DNA of 41,604 nucleotides from a virus (lineage: Duplodnaviria; Caudoviricetes), in IMG/VR virus record IMGVR_UViG_3300037604_000053, positions 1 through 41,604 of that record; one strand, given 5' to 3'. The notes beneath the pieces were generated by a model, which saw only the letters and a list, made by a program, of their open reading frames with translations, had not been told where the DNA came from and searched no databases. A program made the position numbers and the translations under genes. Below, in pieces: positions 1-9,315 of this stretch. How positions within the stretch are numbered: the first letter of the stretch is position 1; each line of letters starts with the position of its first letter.

Positions 1-50
1 AAATGATAACTGGCGAGGCGCTTGGATTCAGGCCACGCCTGAATTGTTGA

Positions 51-1691
<1,641 letters not shown>

Positions 1692-1816
1692 GTGCTACCC
1701 GATAATCATGATCAATTTGCGCTTGTTGCTTTGCCAGCGCGCGCACCATGGCTTTAAGGCAAGCGCCAGAATTACCCGAATCCGGATGCTTGGCAAGGTT
1801 GCTGTTTTCCGCCGTT

Positions 1817-2413
1817 TTATCCATTGCGCAACCAGCCCTCATAATCATGAACCAGTTTTCGCCAGATCACAGCCTTTTTCGGATCGGTGTTGAGGGTCTT
1901 TCGGCTGGCAATGCCAAGCAGCTCGCGGACCTTCGCGGCCGTTGCTTCATCGTTTGCCGTGGCGAGCCCGTGACAGGTTTTGAGAAACTTTTTGAATGCC
2001 GGTTCATTGCACAGGATCGCACAATTTGCGGCCAGATCTGCCTGATTGCCGTGGCGGTTCAACAGGGGGTCAGTCGCATGTGTGGCGGCCCGCTCTGCCT
2101 GGCGGGGGGCGAGCTGGTTGCCACTTAATGCGTGTATCCGCTCTATCGCCCTGTCCAGCATGACCAGCAGAAAGCCAATGTCTGTGTGCGCATTTACCAA
2201 AAACTCAACCAGATTCAGATCTGCATGGGGCAGGGTGGCGACCGTTTCGGGCTCGGGGTTGTTCTCAAAGCTGGCCGGGTCAGTGGCCAGTAATTGTGCC
2301 GCCATTCCATCATAGCTGACGCTCCAGCCGTGATGTGAGTAAACATGACGCTGGCGTATCGCGGCCAGTCTTCGCTTTTCCTTGTTGCGGGTGTCGTTAT
2401 CGGGGGTAATCAT
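1817..2413 (-). CDS. Phage hypothetical protein
   Basis: ATGA overlap with the clamp gene stop; long ORF in the leftward operon. Confidence 0.75.
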   Translation of the reverse strand: MITPDNDTRNKEKRRLAAIRQRHVYSHHGWSVSYDGMAAQLLATDPASFENNPEPETVATLPHADLNLVEFLVNAHTDIGFLLVMLDRAIERIHALSGNQLAPRQAERAATHATDPLLNRHGNQADLAANCAILCNEPAFKKFLKTCHGLATANDEATAAKVRELLGIASRKTLNTDPKKAVIWRKLVHDYEGWLRNG

Positions 2414-3540
2414 CGGGGAGTTTTGCCCATGATTAGGCACCATTTGCCGCCATCACCAAAAGTGACGCGCCCCCGCCCTCCATTTGAGGTGCAAATTTCC
2501 ATGGTTGCGGTCTGTGACCCTGCCTGCTCAAAAGCGACCACAAGATAGCCGGGGTCAAATCCGCACACAAAATCTTCTTTTGTCTCCAGCAGTGAAGGTT
2601 TAAGCCAATCCGTGCTTTCCCCTTTTGCCGAATTTCGGGTGGACAGTTTTATACCAATCTTGTCAACGTCCAGTCGCAATACATTAAGATGATCGGTGGC
2701 AAGGGATGCCCGTTTTGCCGCCATTACGGCGCTCTCCCCCTCAACCTGCATGGTTGCCGCCACCTCACCGAATTCACTCATACGCCGCCAGTCCGGGTAA
2801 TCGAAGTCAAGGGTTCTGCACAGGATCTCAAATTGTTCAGTGCCCAACGCCACCTTTTCTGGCGAGACAGAAAAGGTAAGCTTGGTCTCATTGCGCTTGG
2901 CGGCTGCAAGAAACAGATTTACGGCCCGCGCCGGAATGATAACGCCGGGCATTCCATCCAGCCCGGCGGGGACAAGGTTGGTTGTAGCATGGCGCAATGT
3001 GTGGCCATCGGTGGCAACGACATACAGACCATCTTCACTGATATCCAGATAAACGCCCTGCAGAAATGGTCGGGATTGATCGCTTGCAATGGACGGGCGC
3101 ACATAATCCAGCGCATCAGCCAGCACGGAGCCCTCTATTTCACAAACATTGACCCATTCGACCCGTGGCACGTCCGGCCATGTTGTAACATCAAGTGTGT
3201 TCAGGGTGCCCCGGTGGTTCCCGCATCGAATATCCAGCAAATCCTGATTCCGGGCCACCAATTCCACTGTGGCGTCCTTTGGATACAACCCCATGATCTG
3301 GTGCAACTGCTCGGCATTAACAGCCAGTGGCTTCCACTCCTTGCCGCTCGTCTCGACAGGGACACTTGCCCCAATATAGTGATCGAGATCCGTGCCTGTA
3401 ATTCTCAGATGATCACCATTGTTTGCAATATGCAAAGTCTGCAGGATTGGTATGTCGTTGCGTCTGTCTACCGCACCCCGCGCCATTGCCACGGCCTGGG
3501 CCAGCGCTGCCCCACCCACGGATACCCCACCCTCAACCAT
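2410..3540 (-). CDS. dnaN: DNA polymerase III beta sliding clamp-like protein
   Basis: Motifs RRNDIPIL, ITGTDLD, SRPFLQGVYL, VVATDGHTL, GVIIPARAV, YPDWRR and GFDPGYL; about 376 aa. Confidence 0.9.
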   Translation of the reverse strand: MVEGGVSVGGAALAQAVAMARGAVDRRNDIPILQTLHIANNGDHLRITGTDLDHYIGASVPVETSGKEWKPLAVNAEQLHQIMGLYPKDATVELVARNQDLLDIRCGNHRGTLNTLDVTTWPDVPRVEWVNVCEIEGSVLADALDYVRPSIASDQSRPFLQGVYLDISEDGLYVVATDGHTLRHATTNLVPAGLDGMPGVIIPARAVNLFLAAAKRNETKLTFSVSPEKVALGTEQFEILCRTLDFDYPDWRRMSEFGEVAATMQVEGESAVMAAKRASLATDHLNVLRLDVDKIGIKLSTRNSAKGESTDWLKPSLLETKEDFVCGFDPGYLVVAFEQAGSQTATMEICTSNGGRGRVTFGDGGKWCLIMGKTPR

Positions 3541-3889
3541 TGCGGGGATCCTCAAACGTCTTGCGCCCGTGCGCCTGCATCAGGCGGATAACCTGATCAG
3601 GAGGGGGGCAAGTTTGCGGAAAGAGTTCGTTGAGGATTTTCATTCCCTCGCGGATCTCTCCGCAAGCCAAGTGTTCTGCTAGATGCCGCAACCTTGGTTC
3701 ACGTCCTTCATAACAATCAATGACGCGTTGATGCTCGTCAATGTCGCCCTCCAACTCGTTGAAGGTTTCTCCCATTTGGATGATTTTCGCATCCAGATCC
3801 GCCCGCTGGCTTTCAAGATCCCTGATTTCGTCATGGAGATTGCTGACCGTATCCTTCAAATCCTCGATAACGCTATTGCTTGCCATCAA
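3533..3889 (-). CDS. Coiled-coil hypothetical protein
   Basis: Heptad-rich acidic N-terminal half; overlaps both neighbours as in a coupled operon. Confidence 0.75.
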   Translation of the reverse strand: MMASNSVIEDLKDTVSNLHDEIRDLESQRADLDAKIIQMGETFNELEGDIDEHQRVIDCYEGREPRLRHLAEHLACGEIREGMKILNELFPQTCPPPDQVIRLMQAHGRKTFEDPRNG

Positions 3890-4026
3890 ATGACTCCTGC
3901 TAGAACGAATAAGGATGCGCCGGCCGCAAGGGACGCCAAGGCGGTGAGCGCAGCAATCAGCGCATCGGCCAGCGGATCTGTGATGCGGCCGTTTTGGTTG
4001 TCTTTGGAAAAGCTGAAACCGTTCAT
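3886..4026 (-). CDS. Small membrane protein (46 aa)
   Basis: ATGA overlaps at both ends; C-terminal hydrophobic helix. Confidence 0.65.
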   Translation of the reverse strand: MNGFSFSKDNQNGRITDPLADALIAALTALASLAAGASLFVLAGVI

Positions 4027-4364
4027 GCTGTTTCCCCTGTCACCAGTTGCAGGACAGGCGGGTGAAGCCGGGTAACCTGTGAAAAGCCGACAAGCCTGCC
4101 GCATTCGGTCTGGAAGACGCGGGCGCGCAGGGACCGACCCTTGATCACCGCTTCTTCCGGTGTCTTCTTTCCCGGCACATGAAAGGTGATGCGCCGGCCA
4201 GGCTGTGCGCGGTGCAGGCCCATGTCCACGTGGCACTGCCACAACTGCAAATCTGCCATGACCTGTGAAAGGCGTTTCTCGGCCCTGCGCATGTCGGCCA
4301 CGGCTGAAAATGCCTCGTCCTTCAGGCGTTCCATCATCAGTTCGAAATTGTTCGTATCACTCAT
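4023..4364 (-). CDS. Phage hypothetical protein
   Basis: ORF with GGAG upstream; stop coupled to the next gene. Confidence 0.7.
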   Translation of the reverse strand: MSDTNNFELMMERLKDEAFSAVADMRRAEKRLSQVMADLQLWQCHVDMGLHRAQPGRRITFHVPGKKTPEEAVIKGRSLRARVFQTECGRLVGFSQVTRLHPPVLQLVTGETA

Positions 4365-4456
4365 TGCCGGGGTCACTCCAGAAAGGGGCGGGCGGGCTAC
4401 TCAAACACTGGCCCGCCCGTGGAGGTTGCGGCCAGGGGAGCCGCGGGAGGATGGGT

Positions 4457-4732
4457 TCAACCGATGTTCATCACGGATTCTGCGATAGCCGTGGCACGTG
4501 GCAACAGCTCGTGGATCTGTTCCGGGGAAAAGTTCTTGCGGCGAAGATCCTCCTCCGTCGTCGGGAGGCCCCGGGCTTCGTTTTCCCGGAAGATTTCGAC
4601 CATGCAGCCAAGCGCTTCTGCTTCACTGCGCGGTTTGGGGTGAATGTTGGTGATCGATACCGGGGATGCCGTCCTGCTTGATGCAACGGCCGCTGCCATG
4701 TCTCTGGCAGCTTCAGTTTCCATGTTTTTCAT
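4457..4732 (-). CDS. First gene of the leftward early operon, hypothetical
   Basis: GGAG RBS before ATG 4732; directly downstream of the PL-like promoter. Confidence 0.7.
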   Translation of the reverse strand: MKNMETEAARDMAAAVASSRTASPVSITNIHPKPRSEAEALGCMVEIFRENEARGLPTTEEDLRRKNFSPEQIHELLPRATAIAESVMNIG

Positions 4733-4763
4733 AACTTGACTCCAATCAGACTTGAATGGACAT

Positions 4764-4816
4764 AAATTGGCGAAACGCCAGTTAATAGTCAAGATAAAAT
4801 TGGCATAATGCCAATT
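4764..4816 (-). promoter_or_regulatory. PL-like promoter with two operators (OL: 4765-4783, 4798-4816)
   Basis: Palindromes AATTGGCGAAACGCCAGTT and AATTGGCATAATGCCAATT; minus-strand TTGACT-N17-CAATTT. Confidence 0.85.
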
Positions 4817-4900
4817 CATGTAATGACGACTCCGGCTTTTAGTTTGCAAAAACAGGGCATTGACACTAATTTTAATGTGTCATGTTGTTGGAGGTGGGGT

Positions 4901-5203
4901 ATGGAACTAGTTGTTTTATGGTTGTTTTTCGCTGTTTTGACGCCGATTGTAGCGACAGCAAAAGGCAGAAGTGGCGTCGGGTGGTTTTTACTTGGGCTAG
5001 TTTTTGGGCTGTTGGCATTGATTGTGGTTGTGGTGCTACCTTCACTGAAGCCACCGGAACAGCCTGTAAAACCTATCCGTACAACTGTTGACCCCGAGCC
5101 CGATTCTTCGACCGGGCTTAAGCGATGTCCCAACTGTGCTGAAGAAATCAGGGCTGAGGCAAAACTCTGCCGGTTTTGCCAGACGGAGTTTGTGTCTGGT
5201 TAG
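4901..5203 (+). CDS. Membrane protein with C-terminal zinc ribbon
   Basis: GGAGG RBS; two TM helices with a KGRS..GWF motif; CPNC...CRFC. Confidence 0.85.
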   Translation: MELVVLWLFFAVLTPIVATAKGRSGVGWFLLGLVFGLLALIVVVVLPSLKPPEQPVKPIRTTVDPEPDSSTGLKRCPNCAEEIRAEAKLCRFCQTEFVSG

Positions 5204-5239
5204 TCAACAGATACTGTTTGAGAAGTCCCGAAAATCAAC

Positions 5240-5581
5240 CTACTGACAAATTGACAGGCCAATTTGCTTGGCCACAGTGCACGGCATGGCTCGGGAAGTC
5301 ATGCGAGCATTGTTTTCAATCATGATGCCATATTCACCCTCACCACATTTGACATACCAATAATCTTCCCGCTCCGAGGATAGCCGTGCCACATGTCTGT
5401 GACTTGTTATGTGGCTGCAGGGGTATCGTGCGGAGCCGATTACCGTTATCAGCGCCTGCTTCTGTCCGGATGCGGATTTTGCGGCCATCAATCTGGCCGC
5501 TTCCCCTGACTGCGCTTCAACGGTTAAAATGGCGGCAATGACTGAAGCGACCAATGTTACTTTCTTTATTCCATGTTTCAT
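5240..5581 (-). CDS. Secreted/periplasmic Cys-containing protein co-transcribed with the repressor
   Basis: Signal peptide (MKHGIKK, hydrophobic core, A-x-A-like site); four Cys; starts 3 nt after the cI stop. Confidence 0.8.
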   Translation of the reverse strand: MKHGIKKVTLVASVIAAILTVEAQSGEAARLMAAKSASGQKQALITVIGSARYPCSHITSHRHVARLSSEREDYWYVKCGEGEYGIMIENNARMTSRAMPCTVAKQIGLSICQ

Positions 5582-5584
5582 GTT

Positions 5585-6214
5585 TCACATCCTGAAAAGT
5601 TCCCGGTTTGGAATTACCCTGTGCATTGCTAGAACATCCCTTTTGTCGAATACGAAATCCTGTGGCGGATTGTATTGCTTACAGATGATCTGGTCTTTTT
5701 GCATTCGCAGAAACGTTTTTACAAATACGGCCGGCAGGTCCCTGCCATTGTAGGTTTGAATGATAACTGCGTCACCCGGATTGGGGGCCTGGCGCGGGTG
5801 AACGAAAAGTGGGTCACCATTGAAGAAGCGCGGCTCCATGGATTCACCCCGGACATATACTGCATAAGCGTCATCAACATCTTCCAGTGCGGGCGGGCGG
5901 CCTATTTGTGCAATAGGATTTATGTCGATAACATTGAAACCATCAAAGGATCCTGCGGCGTACCCGTAAATTGGAACTTTCGGGGTCTCGGGTGCTTCAC
6001 CTTCTCCAGTGAGTAGCCACGACTCGGTTACCCTAAACGCGTTTGCATACCGCTTTGCGACCTTGCCGATCCCCCGCTTTCCGCTTTCATGGTAGTGATA
6101 GGTGTCATAGTTCCAGCCAAAAAAATTGGCGGCGGCTTTCGCAGTGGAAAAACCACGCGACTTCCTTGCTTTCATTAGTCTTTTCGCGAAATCAGGTCGG
6201 TCATCATTTTTCAT
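5585..6214 (-). CDS. CI-like repressor (XRE HTH plus S24 autopeptidase)
   Basis: N-terminal HTH (RLMKARKSRG...YHYHESGKRG, WLLTGEG); YAAG cleavage-site region; VRGESMEP catalytic Ser; FVK catalytic Lys. Confidence 0.93.
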   Translation of the reverse strand: MKNDDRPDFAKRLMKARKSRGFSTAKAAANFFGWNYDTYHYHESGKRGIGKVAKRYANAFRVTESWLLTGEGEAPETPKVPIYGYAAGSFDGFNVIDINPIAQIGRPPALEDVDDAYAVYVRGESMEPRFFNGDPLFVHPRQAPNPGDAVIIQTYNGRDLPAVFVKTFLRMQKDQIICKQYNPPQDFVFDKRDVLAMHRVIPNRELFRM

Positions 6215-6280
6215 AATTGGCGTTTCGCACATTTATGATTGGCATTTCGCCTTGACCAATAACTGGCATTTTGCCAATTA
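6215..6280. promoter_or_regulatory. OR region: three operators (6215-6233, 6237-6255, 6261-6279) and a PR-like promoter
   Basis: Matches to AATTGGC-N5-GCCAATT between the divergent cI and cro genes; TTGACC-N17-CAATTA with the same layout as PL. Confidence 0.85.
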
Positions 6281-6469
6281 ATGAGTATGAGCGATGTTTT
6301 TGATCCCGTGGCAATTCGTGAAGCGCTTGGTCTATCTGCGAAAGAGGTGGCTGAGCAATCGGGTTATTCACATAGCTACATCCTCCGTATTGAGAGAGAG
6401 CCTGCATATCGCCTCCTAAGACACCGCAAAATCTACGAGAGACTTCAACCTAAGGAGCATCAGTCATGA
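6281..6469 (+). CDS. Cro-like HTH protein
   Basis: IREALGLSAKEVAEQSGYSHSYILRIER helix-turn-helix; divergent from cI. Confidence 0.88.
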   Translation: MSMSDVFDPVAIREALGLSAKEVAEQSGYSHSYILRIEREPAYRLLRHRKIYERLQPKEHQS

Positions 6470-6597
6470 CTCTCCTGGTTGGCACACTTGGTCTGTATGC
6501 GGTTGCTGTGGTTGTCAGCCTCTTGTTCATGGTGCTGATCGCCAGCGTGATGGTGATCCTGCACCGTCGTGACGATGAAGACGGGGAGGGGCAATGA
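6466..6597 (+). CDS. Small single-TM protein (43 aa; not in the ORF track)
   Basis: ATGA overlap with the cro stop; MTLLVGTLGLYAVAVVVSLLFMVLIASVMVILHRRDDEDGEGQ. Confidence 0.6.
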   Translation: MTLLVGTLGLYAVAVVVSLLFMVLIASVMVILHRRDDEDGEGQ

Positions 6598-6633
6598 TGG
6601 TTCCCCAGATCCCGTTTGCCAGTTTTCTTTTCA

Positions 6634-6708
6634 TGCAGGGTAGAGCAGTGGCAGCTCACCTGGCTCATAACCAGGAGGTCGCCGGTTCGAGTCCGGCCCC
6701 TGCAACCA
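6634..6708 (+). tRNA. Prophage-encoded tRNA-Met (CAT), initiator type
   Basis: Acceptor stem TGCAGGG/CCCTGCA plus ACCA; D stem GAGC/GCTC (A11-U24); anticodon arm CCTGG-CTCATAA-CCAGG; T arm GCCGG-TTCGAGT-CCGGC. Confidence 0.92.
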
Positions 6709-6746
6709 GTTCCCGTCAAGCGCCCTTGAGCCTGACCTTGGCGGTA

Positions 6747-6776
6747 GCTGGCGACAGTGAAAACACTGTCGCCGGC
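6747..6776 (+). terminator. 13-bp hairpin after the tRNA (tR1-like terminator or processing signal)
   Basis: GCTGGCGACAGTG-AAAA-CACTGTCGCCGGC followed by a pyrimidine-rich tract. Confidence 0.5.
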
Positions 6777-6882
6777 ATCTTGCTCCCTTCTGTTTTGCGT
6801 ATCGGAGAGTCCCATGTCGTTCATCCCTTCAAGCGTTGCGGTTTCAAATCACGAAACAGAAACCAGCATAAAAGGGGTGACC

Positions 6883-7305
6883 ATGTCTGGCACCAATCAC
6901 GACCGTTTGTGGTCAACCGACATTTTCGAGCGCGTCTCGCGCGGCTTTTTTCCGGCTTCAACCGCCTGGTATCTGGCGGAAATCATCGCCGGTTCACCGC
7001 ACACCAGCAGAAAACACCTCGCAGGCCAGGTGCCCAACACGAACCACGCCCTGGCCTATCTTACTGCCGGGGCATTCGGCCTCGCCCTGCAGCGGGCAAT
7101 GTTTGGAGAACCACGGCTTGCACCAGTCTCCACAGGCGTTGTTGGCGGAGCAAGCGAAAGGGTGCGGCATGGCAAGTTTAAGTCACCGCCCGTGCAAAAA
7201 GCTGCTGGCCCGGAAAGTCCGAAACCACTCAAGGCAGAACAATCTCACCGATGCATTGTTTCCGAACCTGCGGGCAATGGTGCTGCCGCACTCCTCGCCG
7301 GATAA
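6883..7305 (+). CDS. Hypothetical protein in the CII position
   Basis: AAAGGGGTG RBS; possible HTH (TAWYLAEIIAGSPHTSRKHLAG); position after cro. Confidence 0.5.
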   Translation: MSGTNHDRLWSTDIFERVSRGFFPASTAWYLAEIIAGSPHTSRKHLAGQVPNTNHALAYLTAGAFGLALQRAMFGEPRLAPVSTGVVGGASERVRHGKFKSPPVQKAAGPESPKPLKAEQSHRCIVSEPAGNGAAALLAG

Positions 7306-7368
7306 GGATGCGCGCAACCATGTCGAGGGCTGGTCTCCGACCTTTCGGAAAATCGAGGGGGAGCATCA

Positions 7369-8532
7369 ATGAGTGCTCCCTATCAGGTCATGCCCTCCTT
7401 GGGCAAAGAGGATTTTGCCCGTCTCAAGGATTCGATTGCTGAAATCGGAGTGCAAATTCCGGTTGAAATGGATGAGAATGGCAACGTCCTTGATGGTCAC
7501 CACCGCGAGAAAGCCTGCATTGAACTTGGTATCAAGCATTGGCCGACCATTATCCGGACCGGGCTGAATGAAGCGGAAAAGAAGGCGCATGCCCGCGCTC
7601 TCAATGTCAATCGCCGCCACCTCACGCGTGAGCAGAAACAGGCCCTGATTTGCGACCAGCTTCGCGACACGCCGAAACTCTCTGACAGGGCGATTGCGGC
7701 ACGACTGGCTGTTGATCACAAAACGGTGGCGCGGCAACGCAGATCGTTGGCTGGGCGTGGGGAAATTCCCCACGTCGACAGGGTGATTGACACGCTTGGG
7801 AGAAAACAGTCACGACCGGCACCCGTTTATGTTGATGACAGTCCGCAAGGGCGAACAGCCGCTGTTCAACGGGCGCGGGAAATTCGCAGTCAGAACAAGC
7901 GAGCTCAAATCGGTACGCAATCCGCCACAAAAGCCGAGCGTGGCCATGATCTGTATGAAACGCCGGACTGTGCCACCCGCAGCCTGCTGGCTCTTGAGGA
8001 ATTCGGGAAACGGATCTGGGAACCGGCTTGCGGACGCGGCGCGATAATTCGGGTGCTGGAAACTGCCGGGTTGGAACTGGAGATTTCAGACCTCAATGAC
8101 TACGGGACGACGAGAGAAGACGGAACCGGGCAGGGCGTGTTTGATTTTTGCGAGCTGGCTCATGCCCCCTATGTAGTGGGGAGCATCATTACAAATCCGC
8201 CTTATGACCGGGAGGTACTGAACCGGTTTGTTGCACGGTCTGTGCAGATGCTGGAGGCGGGCGAGATATCAAAAATCGCCATGCTGATGAACCTGAATGT
8301 GCTTTGCGGGTTCGGGGATCCTGACCGTGAATACTTCATGGAAACGATGCCACCGGCGCGCATTCATGTGTTCAAGCGCCGCCTGCCCATGATGCACCGG
8401 GATGGATGGGATGGGCCGCAGGCATCCAGTTCCATGAATACAGCCTGGTTCGTTTGGGAAGCCGGTCACACGGGGCCATCCGTTATTAACCGGGTGGACT
8501 GGAAAGACCATGCAGGGGAGGTGAGCCAGTGA
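7369..8532 (+). CDS. ParB/Srx-domain, HTH and amino-DNA methyltransferase fusion
   Basis: N-terminal VLDGHHR ParB motif; HTH SDRAIAARLAVDHKTV; SAM-binding IWEPACGRG followed by IITNPPY. Confidence 0.88.
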   Translation: MSAPYQVMPSLGKEDFARLKDSIAEIGVQIPVEMDENGNVLDGHHREKACIELGIKHWPTIIRTGLNEAEKKAHARALNVNRRHLTREQKQALICDQLRDTPKLSDRAIAARLAVDHKTVARQRRSLAGRGEIPHVDRVIDTLGRKQSRPAPVYVDDSPQGRTAAVQRAREIRSQNKRAQIGTQSATKAERGHDLYETPDCATRSLLALEEFGKRIWEPACGRGAIIRVLETAGLELEISDLNDYGTTREDGTGQGVFDFCELAHAPYVVGSIITNPPYDREVLNRFVARSVQMLEAGEISKIAMLMNLNVLCGFGDPDREYFMETMPPARIHVFKRRLPMMHRDGWDGPQASSSMNTAWFVWEAGHTGPSVINRVDWKDHAGEVSQ

Positions 8533-8545
8533 GACCGTATCCTGC

Positions 8546-8707
8546 TCAGTCATTCTCCTGTGGCTCGTCAGCCTCGGCAAGTTTCATGGCCCGGGCGATG
8601 CGCTGTTTCATTTCGGGAGTGTGCGGCTTGCAATTCTTGCCAGCCAGTCCCTCGCGGATTGCCCGGGCTGTTTCTTTCGGGATCGGTCGTCTTGTGGTCT
8701 TTTCCAT
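8546..8707 (-). CDS. Small basic hypothetical protein (53 aa; not in the ORF track)
   Basis: MEKTTRRPIPKETARAIREGLAGKNCKPHTPEMKQRIARAMKLAEADEPQEND fills the gap downstream of hicB. Confidence 0.55.
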   Translation of the reverse strand: MEKTTRRPIPKETARAIREGLAGKNCKPHTPEMKQRIARAMKLAEADEPQEND

Positions 8708-8798
8708 GGGCTTTCATCCGTCAGTCGGTTGCAGCCCTCTGCAGGGCCGGGTTGGGGCACGGGGCACAGTCAAATCCAGTGCCCCGTACAGTTTGTTA

Positions 8799-9236
8799 TC
8801 ACCCGTTGGCCGCAAGTGGTTCAACGTGCAACACCAGGTGCTTGCCCATGGCATTGAGGGCATCCTCAAGCCGGGCAAGTTTGGTTGTGTGGTGCGGGCT
8901 GAGGATACGGCTTACCTCCTGTTGCTTGATACCAAGATGGCTGGCCAGTTCAGCCTGGGTAAAGCCGCTTTCCTCAAACGCCTCGATCACAGCCAGTTTG
9001 GCGGCGAGTTGTGGCGGGATCGGGACAGCAAAGCCCTCGCTACAGGTTGCATCGGGCAATGGCTCGTGTTCCTCGACCCGGAAGGCGATGCTCGCTTCAA
9101 GCAATTGCCTTGCTTCGGCTGGAACGCCTGCTTCGTCATCCGCCTCGCTGACGGCTTCCGGAAAATCCGGCAGGCGGATGATGAAACCGCCACCTTCGCG
9201 CGGTTCTGTCATGGCCTGGTAGTTAGTGGTTTTCAT
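8799..9236 (-). CDS. hicB: HicB-family antitoxin/repressor with C-terminal HTH
   Basis: N-terminal GGFIIRLPDFPEAVSEAD...EARQLLEASI...EPLP; C-terminal TQAELASHLGIKQQEVSRILSPHHTTKLARLEDALNAMGK; AAGGA RBS. Confidence 0.88.
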   Translation of the reverse strand: MKTTNYQAMTEPREGGGFIIRLPDFPEAVSEADDEAGVPAEARQLLEASIAFRVEEHEPLPDATCSEGFAVPIPPQLAAKLAVIEAFEESGFTQAELASHLGIKQQEVSRILSPHHTTKLARLEDALNAMGKHLVLHVEPLAANG

Positions 9237-9264
9237 GCCCTGGTCCTTTCCATCCACGAAATTG

Positions 9265-9310
9265 ACAACAAAAAAGTTGTGAGAATAAGGCGCAACAACA
9301 AAAAGGTTGT
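9265..9310. promoter_or_regulatory. Two palindromic operators ACAAC-N6-GTTGT (9265-9280, 9295-9310)
   Basis: Near-identical 16-bp palindromes exactly 30 bp apart between the divergent hicB and HTH genes; the first overlaps TTGACA at 9262. Confidence 0.8.
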
Positions 9311-9315
9311 GTGCC

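Noticed and set aside
26-45. Hairpin upstream of the host tRNA, possibly the end of an rRNA operon
   Set aside because: Too little flanking sequence; no rRNA sequence is visible.
2689-3591. Long antisense ORF (similar cases at 8529-9323, 20705-21619 and 29135-29881)
   Set aside because: Shadow frames opposite well-supported genes in GC-rich DNA.
6594-7181. 195-aa ORF running through the phage tRNA
   Set aside because: It translates the tRNA and hairpin, overlaps a better ORF and has no recognisable motifs.
7169-7372. 67-aa ORF coupled to the ParB-MTase start
   Set aside because: It has an ATGA overlap but also overlaps 6883-7305 by about 137 nt and shows no motif; it cannot be supported.
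8546-8707. HicA toxin partner of HicB
   Set aside because: Lacks the HicA GSH motif and beta-strand pattern; kept as a hypothetical protein.
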